Shown here: one piece after another, positions 1 to 8,531 of the stretch | How the letters are laid out: every line of letters begins with the position of its first letter | How positions within the stretch are numbered: position 1 is the first letter of the stretch | NCBI RefSeq assembly: GCF_000009965.1 | Contig: NC_006624.1 | Coordinates: forward strand, 270,001 to 302,000 | DNA length: 32,000 bases | Source of the DNA: Thermococcus kodakarensis KOD1 | GTDB taxonomy: Archaea; Methanobacteriota_B; Thermococci; Thermococcales; Thermococcaceae | Direction of reading: 5' to 3' | The notes under the pieces: generated by a model | What the model was told of the DNA's origin: nothing | What the model saw: the letters and a program-made list of their open reading frames with translations, nothing else | The model's database searches: none | Translations under genes and position numbers: made by a program

Positions 1-69
1 CCAGGGCACGGCGACTACATAAGGGACTGGAAAGAGAACTTAAGGGAAGTCTTGAGGTGGCTCCCATGA
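1..69 (+). CDS. 3' end of an unidentified upstream CDS (partial, continues left of the window)
   Basis: Frame 1 is open from base 1 (...PGHGDYIRDWKENLREVLRWLP) and stops at TGA 67-69. This makes an ATGA stop/start overlap with the ATG at 66. The fragment is too short to assign a family. Confidence 0.35.
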   Translation, partial: PGHGDYIRDWKENLREVLRWLP

Positions 70-311
70 GAAAGGGCTCCGTTAAGGAAGTGCTGGCGAA
101 GATAAAGTACGACCCGCGGGAGAAGGAGGAGGACTACTACGTTGTCATCGAGCACAGGGGGGCTTATGGTGGGGAAAAGAAAATACCGGTCGAGCTTATC
201 GAGCTCGGACACGGCTACTTCTTCGTTGGAGAAGCCCAGATACCCTACCACAGAATCCTGCGCGTCGTTAGAAAGGATGGAAAAGTCATCTGGGAGACGA
301 AGAAGCTATAG
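66..311 (+). CDS. DUF504/UPF0248 family small protein
   Basis: ORF 57..311. The ATG at 66 overlaps the upstream stop (ATGA), so I prefer it to the GTG at 57. The sequence KEVLAKIKYDPRE...YYVVIEHRG...IPYHRILRV resembles the conserved archaeal UPF0248 family as I recall it. Confidence 0.6.
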   Translation: MRKGSVKEVLAKIKYDPREKEEDYYVVIEHRGAYGGEKKIPVELIELGHGYFFVGEAQIPYHRILRVVRKDGKVIWETKKL

Positions 312-1283
312 TATAACTTCAAACTCAGACGTGAGCAGGCCCCACTCCTTCTTCTCAAAGGCATCCGGATTGGCGCTTACTATGATGTACCCATTGTAGA
401 CCATGGCAGCGTCCTTTACGTAGAGCAGAAAATCCATTGCATCCTTGAAGCCAAGTTCAACAACCAGGTAACCAACATTCTGGACAAACACAACTCCCTG
501 CTTTCCGTTTTCTTTTGCAGATTTGAGGAACTTAAGGAGCTCGCCTTTGAGTTCGGGGACGAACTTTGGGGGCACTACCTTCCCGGGGTATTCCTCTGAG
601 ATTTTTGAGACCCATATCACGTTGTCTATCTCAGTGAGCTCTCTAAACTTGTCCGGGTGCTCCCTTATAACTGCTATCACTTCCCTGTTTTCCGTCAGCA
701 TATCTAAGAGAATGTACTTTGCTTTCTCGTCGTCGGTTACCAGATAAGCACCCGATCCTAGCCTCTCTATAAAGACGTGCCTGCGCTCAAAGGAGATAAC
801 GATATCGTAGACCTTCTTTATCTCTTCGTAGTGTTTCTGCTCAATCTGTGAAAGCTCGAAGGCTATTCCCCGGACATCTTCGTTCTCGGCAACGCCAGCC
901 AATATTTCATAAGTCCTCTTTGCGAAGAGCTCGCTCTCCATGCAGTACTCCAGCGCCCTTATGTAGTCCTCAACCTTTTCAAACTCAGGATAGAATGGAT
1001 AGACCTCCACTGGGGGAACATCTACCTTAACGGGCTCCTCTCCTGGAAAGAGCCGCTCAAACGTCCTTCTGAGGAGGAGTTCATGCCCCTTGCTCTCCCT
1101 GCTCATCTTTTTAAACAGGGCTCTCACACTCTTTCTTTTCGCCTTCTCGGCAAGTTCGGCATAGTATTTTGCCTCGTCCTCCTCATTGAAGATAGCATAG
1201 CTCAGAAGCTCCTTTGGGCTGAGTCTCTTTAACCTCTCAATTATCTCGTTCATGATAACCTGGGGGTTGGGGTGAGAAGTCAT
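306..1283 (-). CDS. Ferritin/rubrerythrin-like four-helix-bundle domain fused to a C-terminal DUF835 domain
   Basis: 325-aa ORF. The N-terminal half has paired helices with acidic/His motifs (EEDEAKYYAELA, ESKGHE, CMESELFAKR, IEQKHYEEI). The C-terminal half (AVIREHPDKF...VIWVSK...GVVFVQNVGYLV...DFLLYVKD) looks like DUF835. Confidence 0.55.
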   Translation of the reverse strand: MTSHPNPQVIMNEIIERLKRLSPKELLSYAIFNEEDEAKYYAELAEKAKRKSVRALFKKMSRESKGHELLLRRTFERLFPGEEPVKVDVPPVEVYPFYPEFEKVEDYIRALEYCMESELFAKRTYEILAGVAENEDVRGIAFELSQIEQKHYEEIKKVYDIVISFERRHVFIERLGSGAYLVTDDEKAKYILLDMLTENREVIAVIREHPDKFRELTEIDNVIWVSKISEEYPGKVVPPKFVPELKGELLKFLKSAKENGKQGVVFVQNVGYLVVELGFKDAMDFLLYVKDAAMVYNGYIIVSANPDAFEKKEWGLLTSEFEVIL

Positions 1284-1365
1284 TGATCACACCTACCATT
1301 CTTAATATTCACAAACTAACAGAAAAGCTTTTCTGTGGAGGGCGATTCTGGGAACGGGAGAGAAG

Positions 1366-2124
1366 ATGATAGACGCCCACTGCCACATTGAGATGTTCAA
1401 GGGGAGAGCAGGCGAGGTGGTCGAGGAGAGCAAAAAGCACCTTAAGGCGGTCGTGGACTCGATAACTGAATACAGGAAGTTCCACGTCTGGAAGAGCTGG
1501 GAACTGCTGGAGCCATACTTTGGCTTCGTCTTCCCAACGCTCGGCTACGCGCCCAACGAAGCTAGGAGGGGCAACTGGGAGAAAGTTAAAAGGGTCGAGG
1601 AGTTCATACGTGAGCACGCCGATGAGATAGTGGCCGTTGGGGAGATAGGCCTCGACTTCTACTACGCTAAAACCGAGGAAGAAAGGAAGAACCAGCGGGA
1701 GATATTCCACCACTTCCTGAATCTTGCCGTCGAACTCGACAAACCCGTCGTCCTGCACGCGAGGGATGCTGAGAGGGAGGTTTTTGAAGCGATCCAGAGG
1801 GCTGGAGTTAAAGCCTACTTCCACTCCTACAGCGGGCCTGCGGAGCTTGCCCTGGAGATAGTTGGGAACGGCCACATCATCGGGATAAACACGGGGATAG
1901 ACTTCATTCCAGAGGTGAGAAAGGCCGCCGAAGTGCTCCCTCTTGAAAGCATCGTCGTTGAAACGGACGCTCCTTACATGAGCCCCTACAAGGGTGAGAA
2001 GAACTACCCTTGGAACGTGGAGTACGCGGTGAGAAGGATAGCGGAGATAAAGGGTCTGGAGTTTGAAGAGGTTGAGAAGGTGACCGAGAAGAACACTATC
2101 CAGTTCTTCGACTTAAAGCTCTGA
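1366..2124 (+). CDS. TatD-family metal-dependent hydrolase
   Basis: MIDAHCHIE N-terminus, internal GEIGLDFYY, VVLHARDA, and ETDAPYM near the C-terminus. These are the classical TatD metal-ligand motifs. Confidence 0.85.
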   Translation: MIDAHCHIEMFKGRAGEVVEESKKHLKAVVDSITEYRKFHVWKSWELLEPYFGFVFPTLGYAPNEARRGNWEKVKRVEEFIREHADEIVAVGEIGLDFYYAKTEEERKNQREIFHHFLNLAVELDKPVVLHARDAEREVFEAIQRAGVKAYFHSYSGPAELALEIVGNGHIIGINTGIDFIPEVRKAAEVLPLESIVVETDAPYMSPYKGEKNYPWNVEYAVRRIAEIKGLEFEEVEKVTEKNTIQFFDLKL

Positions 2125-2134
2125 GGTGAGGGGA

Positions 2135-2434
2135 ATGGTTGAGATTCCAGAGGTTGAGGAGCTTAAGGCGCTTTTGAATGAACTCGGTGAGGAGGGACTT
2201 CTGGAAAGGCTTGATGCCTTCGTGAGGATGAACGGGGGGCTCGAGAGCAAGCGCGGGGAGGACTTCATCAAAGTCTCCATCCTTGGCTTTGCCGAGGGCC
2301 TCCTCACTGTTTTGAAAGAGAAGTACGATGAACCGAGGGTGAAGGAGCTCTACGAGAAGATAAAGGCGAAGAGGGCCGAGCTGGACGAGCAGTTCAGGAA
2401 GCCGAGGATACCCTACCTTGAGGAAGAAGGTTAG
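2135..2434 (+). CDS. Hypothetical acidic helical protein
   Basis: ORF 2126..2434. The ATG at 2135 is preceded by GGTGAGGGG (RBS-like) just after the TatD stop. No family recognised. Confidence 0.5.
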   Translation: MVEIPEVEELKALLNELGEEGLLERLDAFVRMNGGLESKRGEDFIKVSILGFAEGLLTVLKEKYDEPRVKELYEKIKAKRAELDEQFRKPRIPYLEEEG

Positions 2435-2529
2435 AACTTGAAGTTTTTTCAATCGTACCAAACCTTTGTCTTTGCCCTGAACTGGGGGATATAGGGGACT
2501 TTGTTAGAGTTCGAAGGTTTGGGCTATTT

Positions 2530-4062
2530 TCATTCCGTATAGAACTCTCGAAACAGCTTAACCTCCTGGACGTAGCTCCTCCTCAGCTTTAAAGCCGTGT
2601 AAGCCCTCTCCAGCTCCCTGCCGAGGTAGAAAGCGTGCCTCGGGCTTATCTCGAAGCGCTCAAGAACCGTGTCGATTATTGCGTTCGGCTCATCGCCGAC
2701 TATTGTAAGAACAGCTTCGGTTCCCTTATGGGCGTTCACCCATATCTTGCCTCTCTCCACCCAGATACGGAAGTAAACTGGCTCAAGCTCGACGGGTCTA
2801 TTCTGTGCCTCCACAACCTCATTGGCAGGCTCGAAGCGCCACTCGGCTTCTTTCTTCTCCTTGAGGATTAGCAGGTCGAAGCCAAGGTCTTTTGGGAGGT
2901 CGAAGAGGTTCATGTCTACCGCACGCTTCAGCTCCCTAACCGAACCCTTCGCCTTCGCGCTTACCTCCGTTGTCAGGAGGAGGTTTATGGAAAGCTCCTT
3001 TGCAATCCCCGCAAGAAGGGCGTTCATTCCAACGCTGTCGGCGTCGTAGAGTTCTACCACGTTCCCAACTCCCGCGAGGAGGACATCGTCCGGGTTTCTC
3101 TCGCGGTAGAGCTGGAAGGCCGTAACCGAGCGCGCTAGGTGGGGAACGTGTTCGAGAATCAGGTCGGGGATGATAGTTTTGTAGCCGAGGTCTAGGGCTT
3201 TCTCCTTGAGCTTTTCGAGGTACTTAACCCTTTCAGCAGGCTTGGTGGGGAAGTAGCCCTCCCTTTGGTTTGTTGGTATTAAAACGACGGGCTTTTCCGT
3301 TACAAGGGCCTCAAGGTTGCTCTCATCGACGCTCAAAAAGAGGTCGGCGTAGTCAAGCGCCCCCTCGATTTCGGACGTGTTGAGAGAGTCAAAGCTGATG
3401 GGAGCTTCAAAACCAGCCTCTTTCAGCTTTTCTCGGATTTCAGGTATCGCGTCTACAAACTCGAGGTTCCTCTCCCCTGCAACCATGCCGATGTCAATTA
3501 TGTCCGCACCTTCACGGAGGTAGTAGAGGGCCCTCTCGACGGTTTTCTCAACGCCGAGCGTGGGGGCATCGACTACCTCAGCGAGAATCCTCGCGGGAAA
3601 GTCCCTTCCCGCTGGAAGGTTGCCGATGAGGGCGTTCCAGGGCTTTTTCAGGGCCTCTTCAATATAGTTCTTGTTCTTCGTCCTGTTTCTGATGTCCTCA
3701 ACTCTCTTAAGCGCATCGAAGGAAAAGAGGTCATCTGCAGGAACTTCCTTGCTGAGCTTGAAGCCCTCTTCAAGAGCCTTCAGAACCTGTGGCAGATCCA
3801 TCGCGTTCCTCGGCCCTTTGAAGGCCGGAATCCCAAGTTCGTCCTCGATGATTTGAGCAGAGCCCCTTACAAGGCCAGGGATGAGGATAAAATCGTAGTC
3901 TTCGCTTTTTATCCCGGCTTTTTTCAGGTATCTAACGATCAGCTCAGGGGTGAGGAAGGCGGCGACGCTCACAGGGGCTACGAAAACATCACATCCTCTC
4001 CCGTACTTCCTCACGAGCGGCTCTGCCAGCTTCCCAGTCACGAGGAGGATTCTCCTAGGCAT
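2530..4062 (-). CDS. Dihydropteroate synthase-like (pterin-binding) protein, archaeal long form
   Basis: 510-aa ORF with a central pterin-binding TIM-barrel-like segment (ALYYLREGADIIDIGMVAG). The extra N- and C-terminal domains are typical of archaeal DHPS-related proteins. A TATA-like CTTTTAAC lies about 25 nt upstream on the minus strand. Confidence 0.6.
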   Translation of the reverse strand: MPRRILLVTGKLAEPLVRKYGRGCDVFVAPVSVAAFLTPELIVRYLKKAGIKSEDYDFILIPGLVRGSAQIIEDELGIPAFKGPRNAMDLPQVLKALEEGFKLSKEVPADDLFSFDALKRVEDIRNRTKNKNYIEEALKKPWNALIGNLPAGRDFPARILAEVVDAPTLGVEKTVERALYYLREGADIIDIGMVAGERNLEFVDAIPEIREKLKEAGFEAPISFDSLNTSEIEGALDYADLFLSVDESNLEALVTEKPVVLIPTNQREGYFPTKPAERVKYLEKLKEKALDLGYKTIIPDLILEHVPHLARSVTAFQLYRERNPDDVLLAGVGNVVELYDADSVGMNALLAGIAKELSINLLLTTEVSAKAKGSVRELKRAVDMNLFDLPKDLGFDLLILKEKKEAEWRFEPANEVVEAQNRPVELEPVYFRIWVERGKIWVNAHKGTEAVLTIVGDEPNAIIDTVLERFEISPRHAFYLGRELERAYTALKLRRSYVQEVKLFREFYTE

Positions 4063-4248
4063 GGAGAAAAGTTGGATGCTGTGGTTAAAAGCCCTCCGCC
4101 GGTAGGTGGCTCATCACACTTCAGGCGGGAGTAGTTCTTCATCGGGCCTCAGATCCTCCCCCCAGGCCTCACCGGTCGGGGAGTGCCCACCCTCCTCATC
4201 GGCCCGATAGTATTTTAGACCTTTCCGCTAAAAGCTCTCGGTGGTGGC

Positions 4249-4968
4249 ATGATAAAGGTTGGAACCTGCGGCTTCTGTGAGGCTCGGAGTAAGTACTTTA
4301 GAGACTTTGACGCAGTCGAGGTGCAGCAGACTTTCTACCGGATTCTCCAGGAGAAGACGCTGGAGCGCTGGAGGAAAGAAGCTCCCGAGGGCTTCACATT
4401 CTCGATAAAGGCCTTTCAGGGAGTAACCCATCCAGCGAACAGCCCGACCTGGAGGAGGAGCAACGTAAAACCCGGAAAAGACGTGGGTCTGCTCAGGCCA
4501 ACGAGCGACGTCCTTCACTTCTGGAGGGTAACGCTGAAGGAGGCCGAAACCCTTGGCGCAAGGTTCATTCTCATCCAGCTACCGAAGAGCTTCAGGGAGA
4601 GTGATGAGAGCTTTGCCAACGCGGAGAAGTTCTTCGAGATGATAGACAGGGGAAACTTTGAGATAGCCGTCGAGCTGAGGGGATGGAGCGAGAAGGGAAT
4701 TAAGCGCTTCGTGAGGGAGTTCGACGTCATAGATGTCACAGACCCGCTCGTCAGGATTCCACTTCACACGGGGGATGTCAGCTACTACCGCCTGCACGGT
4801 CGCTATGAAAACGGGAGAATAATATACAGCCACTCCTACAGCGACGAGGAGCTTCAAAAGGCCAGGGAGAGGGTGATTGGCTGGAATAGGGGTGAAAGCT
4901 TCGTATTCTTCAACAACTCGGACATGTGCAAAGACGCGAAGAGGTTCAAGACTCTGCTAGCCGGTTAA
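4249..4968 (+). CDS. DUF72 (UPF0759) family protein
   Basis: IKVGTCGF...FDAVEVQQTFYR...W...PEGFTFSIKAFQGVTH matches the DUF72 N-terminal signature. Confidence 0.75.
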   Translation: MIKVGTCGFCEARSKYFRDFDAVEVQQTFYRILQEKTLERWRKEAPEGFTFSIKAFQGVTHPANSPTWRRSNVKPGKDVGLLRPTSDVLHFWRVTLKEAETLGARFILIQLPKSFRESDESFANAEKFFEMIDRGNFEIAVELRGWSEKGIKRFVREFDVIDVTDPLVRIPLHTGDVSYYRLHGRYENGRIIYSHSYSDEELQKARERVIGWNRGESFVFFNNSDMCKDAKRFKTLLAG

Positions 4969-5193
4969 CCATTTGGGGTCTGATAGCATTCTTTCACTAT
5001 TATTGATTTTGAAAAATTAAAGTTCTTACAACTGGATTATATAACTTTGCGAATGTCTAGTTATCTGTAAAGGATATTTTATCCATCCAGTTATAGATCG
5101 ATTTATTTTTCATTTTTTTTAACTAAGAGTCCAAGCAATACTTAAATATGGGTTTAGTATTCATGATACTGCCTGGTAGAATGTATAATCTCT

Positions 5194-5212
5194 CCCGGGC
5201 AGGAGGGTCGGC
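5194..5212. repeat. Left copy of a 19-bp perfect direct repeat, CCCGGGCAGGAGGGTCGGC
   Basis: Identical to 9703-9721, and 23 nt long with one mismatch. It ends 3 nt before the ATG at 5216 and contains that gene's GGAGG. Confidence 0.9.
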
Positions 5213-5215
5213 GCC

Positions 5216-5569
5216 ATGAAGAAGCTTGTTGCCGTGCTGTTCGGTCTCTTGGTAGTGACAGCAGGGTTCGCAGCAGCGACTCAGTGGAGAGTCACTTCAG
5301 TGCATCAGAGACATGCTGGAAGATATGGCTGGGCCTATGCAGAGGTGCATGTTAAGTACGACTTGCAGCACCCGTACACTAACTATAAGATAACCCACAG
5401 AATCGGAAGAGGCGGACTTACTAGTGCCGGTCGGAGTGCCGGGTACATCTCTCACCATTACAACATTCCCGACAGAGATGGCATTGAGTCCGTGACTAAC
5501 GTTGTGGACCCCACGACGGATAATCTTGTGGAACAGGACATAGCCTCTGCAGGATGGCTGTGCATTTGA
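5216..5569 (+). CDS. Small secreted protein of unknown family (signal peptide plus a mature part of about 95 aa)
   Basis: MKKLVAVLFGLLVVTAGFAAA is a typical signal peptide. The mature part is rich in His/Tyr/Gly/Arg and ends ...SAGWLCI. A GGAGG lies 10 nt upstream. First gene of the cassette. Confidence 0.65.
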   Translation: MKKLVAVLFGLLVVTAGFAAATQWRVTSVHQRHAGRYGWAYAEVHVKYDLQHPYTNYKITHRIGRGGLTSAGRSAGYISHHYNIPDRDGIESVTNVVDPTTDNLVEQDIASAGWLCI

Positions 5570-5616
5570 ATTCTAACATGTCTGTCTGTTTTTTATTTCG
5601 TTTGGAGGGTATACCA

Positions 5617-6696
5617 ATGACGCTAAAAAGAAAAGGTTTCGTTCTACTAACAGCTTTTCTGCTGGCTATGCTTCCCCTGTCCCTATCGAGCGCAGCACCC
5701 TACTGGGTCAAGCCTGGAGTTTACATAGAGTACGCGGCCATGCGGTACGACCCGTACATCCAGTACAAGATTTCCCAGGGGACTTCTCCAAAGTTAATTA
5801 GAACCGCATACATTACTTATATCCACAACGGCACGTTATACCGAATCAGGGTCTACGATGATGTCCACGTCAGGTTCAGGGTACTGGAAGAAAAGAACGG
5901 CTACTTAACGGTAGGGGTTCGTATCGAGATGAGAAACGTAACCCTGGGAGTCAGCGTCCCCAAGGGAAAAAATCTGACTCCGATATGGGGCGATGGGGCG
6001 GTTATAAAGATTGAGACCTCTCCAAGCTCAATAGACTCGGAGACAGATTATTACAAAGTGTACCTTCGCAGTCTTAGGATCATCAGAGTTTACAGGATAA
6101 GGGAAATCGACGGTGCCGTCTTTGACATGAACGGAACTTATTACGGCCACACCTTCCTGTGGGTGGACATCGACCCGAGCACAGCTCCCCAGGAAAACGA
6201 GACCTTCTTTGTTCTCCCAGACTTGAACTGGACGATGAGAGTAAACAGAATCTCCTCCATGGACAAAGCTTTAAAAACGTACTACGGAGAATTCGGGCCT
6301 CCCGTGGACACTCTCTCCCTGGTGGGCCCCCCGCTTGTAATAAAAGGCATTGTAGAATTCACAAGTCCAACAGGGGGAGGTATACGTTACGATCCTGCCA
6401 CTGGACTCGTGCTTGCTCCGACAACTCTCTCAGTAATGATTTCTCCCGATCTTTCGGCAATAGGAATACCCTTTGCAATGTTCATGGACGAGCATGTGGC
6501 TTACGACCAGTTTGTAAAGAACAGTTTCACATGGGCAGGCACATTGCTACTTTACGATACTAACGCCCAGTTTCAAAAGGCCGAAGAAGTTCCTTTCCCT
6601 AAACCAGGGACGCCTGCCAAGTATGTTTTCTACGGTTCCCTAATCTTAGTTGGGGCAGTTCTGGGAATTAAAAGCTCACGGAGAGTGAAAAAGTGA
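5617..6696 (+). CDS. Secreted, C-terminally anchored surface protein, paralog A (unknown family)
   Basis: ORF 5554..6696. I prefer the ATG at 5617, which is preceded by GGAGGG at 5604-5609. Signal peptide MTLKRKGFVLLTAFLLAMLPLSLSS. Six N-x-S/T sequons. C-terminal TM anchor YVFYGSLILVGAVLGI followed by KSSRRVKK. Confidence 0.75.
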   Translation: MTLKRKGFVLLTAFLLAMLPLSLSSAAPYWVKPGVYIEYAAMRYDPYIQYKISQGTSPKLIRTAYITYIHNGTLYRIRVYDDVHVRFRVLEEKNGYLTVGVRIEMRNVTLGVSVPKGKNLTPIWGDGAVIKIETSPSSIDSETDYYKVYLRSLRIIRVYRIREIDGAVFDMNGTYYGHTFLWVDIDPSTAPQENETFFVLPDLNWTMRVNRISSMDKALKTYYGEFGPPVDTLSLVGPPLVIKGIVEFTSPTGGGIRYDPATGLVLAPTTLSVMISPDLSAIGIPFAMFMDEHVAYDQFVKNSFTWAGTLLLYDTNAQFQKAEEVPFPKPGTPAKYVFYGSLILVGAVLGIKSSRRVKK

Positions 6697-7763
6697 AAAG
6701 AGACTTCTTAGCCTTCCCTTTGGTTTTAATACTTACACTTCCGGCAGTCTCCGCAGCACCCTACTGGACCAAACCGGGAGTTTACATCGAGTATGCCGCT
6801 ATGAGATATGAGCCGTACATCCAGTACCGGCTTTCACAGGGAGACAGGCCGGAGTGGATTCAGACCTCGCTGATGGTTTACAATTATTCAGGGGTTCTAT
6901 ACATACTGAGGACGTTCAACGACACGATTGTAGAGTTCCGCCTCAAAAAGGAGAGGGATTACATACGCTCAAACGTACAGGTAACCCTTTACAACGTCAG
7001 CATAAGCACGACCCTCCCAAAGGATATATCGCCACCCGTATTCTGGAACGAGTCAGAGGTAATAGAGACCGAGGTCGAAAACAGCCACGATTTGGGGTTT
7101 GAAGACTGGAAATGGTACCGATTCCATGTGAAGAAAGTTGTCATCAGTGGAGAGTACCTAATCCGCGTGAAGGATTACCATGTCATAAAGGGAAATATGG
7201 ACTACGGGCACACGATGCTTTTTGATGACCCTGCGAACCCGTTAAACAAGGGGAACAGCTTCAGCTTATACCCGATAAGCATAAAGATTCAAGACGCCAG
7301 AATTGACAACGAGAGAGTCCTAAAAGGAAGATACACCAAGTTCTATCCCCCCACAAAAACCGTAGTGACGGGGGCCTATGCTCTCAACATCACCCAGCCG
7401 TTTGGGAAGGGCTACAACATCCTCTCAATTCTGATGGGGACACTAATATACACCTTCGACGCATCCGACGGAAAGCTAATCGCCACTTACAACGATGGAC
7501 CTGATCTATGGGCAGTCGGCATCTTGGACGCTCAGTTCACAGACGAATACGGTCAGTATAAGATGGAGGTCGAGCATGAAGAGTCATACGCCAGTGGTCT
7601 CGTCCTTAGATCGTTCAAAATTGCTAGAGAAAATGTCAAAGGAGAGGTCTCATTCAACAAGCCAATAGCAAAAGCCGCCTATCTCTTTTACGCTTCCCTC
7701 GTACTACTGGGCCTAGGCCTCGTGCTAAATATCAAGGCGAGTGACAAGAGAGGGGGTGATTGA
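6693..7763 (+). CDS. Secreted, C-terminally anchored surface protein, paralog B (unknown family)
   Basis: GTG start overlaps the upstream stop (GTGA). It has a signal peptide and five N-x-S/T sequons. The C-terminal TM anchor is YLFYASLVLLGLGLVLNI. It aligns with the preceding gene along its whole length (YGHTFLW/YGHTMLF, PDLSAIGI/PDLWAVGI). Confidence 0.75.
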   Translation: MKRDFLAFPLVLILTLPAVSAAPYWTKPGVYIEYAAMRYEPYIQYRLSQGDRPEWIQTSLMVYNYSGVLYILRTFNDTIVEFRLKKERDYIRSNVQVTLYNVSISTTLPKDISPPVFWNESEVIETEVENSHDLGFEDWKWYRFHVKKVVISGEYLIRVKDYHVIKGNMDYGHTMLFDDPANPLNKGNSFSLYPISIKIQDARIDNERVLKGRYTKFYPPTKTVVTGAYALNITQPFGKGYNILSILMGTLIYTFDASDGKLIATYNDGPDLWAVGILDAQFTDEYGQYKMEVEHEESYASGLVLRSFKIARENVKGEVSFNKPIAKAAYLFYASLVLLGLGLVLNIKASDKRGGD

Positions 7764-8531
7764 ATGGGAAGGCTCTACACCCTTTTTAGATGGGAAATGA
7801 ACGACCTGATAAAGGTCGTTCTGCTGTTTTTTGGAATACTGCTTGTTGGAATGTCAATGAAACAGGAACTAATGGGGGTTAGCAATTCTATGGGTTTCAT
7901 CTCCGGAACGGATCTACAGCTCTTTGGAGCTTCCCAGGCCAGTGGAGTATCAACGTCCATTCAAGGCATGCTCAGTCTCGAAGACGTCTGGACCCTCGCA
8001 GGTTTTCTGATACTGTTGCTCGGCGCGCTGACCTTCCGCTATGACCGTGACAGCGGCGTTGCAAAGTCTGTCTACTCCCTCCCGTACTCCAACGACGAAA
8101 TATTCGGCATCAAGCTCATCTCGTTGTTAATCTACGGGTCCCTGATGCTCCTTCTGCCCTTCGCTTACGTTGCCATAACAACATACGCCAGCATAGCCGG
8201 CTACCTCCCGGAGATAACCTCAAGATTCCTCAGCGATGCACTGCTCCTCGTTGCTTTCCTCGTGCTCTACCTAATAGCGGTCGCCACTCTGGTTTCCCTT
8301 GCCTTCCCCAACGCCTTCCTCGCCTTCATGGCAGGGTTTGCAGTCATATACGCGCCCAAAATACTCGGAAACTCGAGCATGCCACCAGCGCTCTTCATAA
8401 ACGCCTTACACCTCTGTGGAAGTACCGACTTCAATGTGTTCAAGGCCGCCTACCTTGAGTGGGGGATTGTCGTCCCAATAGTGATCTTCCTCCTCTCGTG
8501 GGTTCTCATCAGAAGGAGGGATGTCGTATGA
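7764..8531 (+). CDS. ABC-2-type (NosY/COG1277-like) permease
   Basis: Polytopic membrane protein with about 6 TM segments. The N-terminal RWEMNDLIK and the FRYDRDSGVAKSVYSLPYSNDEIFGIKLIS block resemble the ExGT..LL..P.sR...GK motif of ABC-2 permeases. Confidence 0.6.
   Translation: MGRLYTLFRWEMNDLIKVVLLFFGILLVGMSMKQELMGVSNSMGFISGTDLQLFGASQASGVSTSIQGMLSLEDVWTLAGFLILLLGALTFRYDRDSGVAKSVYSLPYSNDEIFGIKLISLLIYGSLMLLLPFAYVAITTYASIAGYLPEITSRFLSDALLLVAFLVLYLIAVATLVSLAFPNAFLAFMAGFAVIYAPKILGNSSMPPALFINALHLCGSTDFNVFKAAYLEWGIVVPIVIFLLSWVLIRRRDVV

Noticed and set aside
4095-4145. C/D-box-like arrangement on the minus strand of the 186-bp G+C-rich divergent intergenic region: CCGAUGA-14 nt-CUGA-AGU-GUGAUGA-12 nt-CGGA.
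   Set aside because: The internal D'/C'-like boxes are perfect. The terminal C and D boxes, which are normally the best conserved, are degenerate (CCGAUGA, CGGA), and one spacer is 14 nt. The evidence is too weak to call a feature, though it is worth including in any sRNA scan.
5554-5616. N-terminal extension of the paralog A ORF (MAVHLNSNMSVCFLFRLEGIP), which overlaps the end of the preceding gene.
   Set aside because: The internal ATG at 5617 has a GGAGGG at the proper spacing and begins a canonical signal peptide. The extension has no such features.
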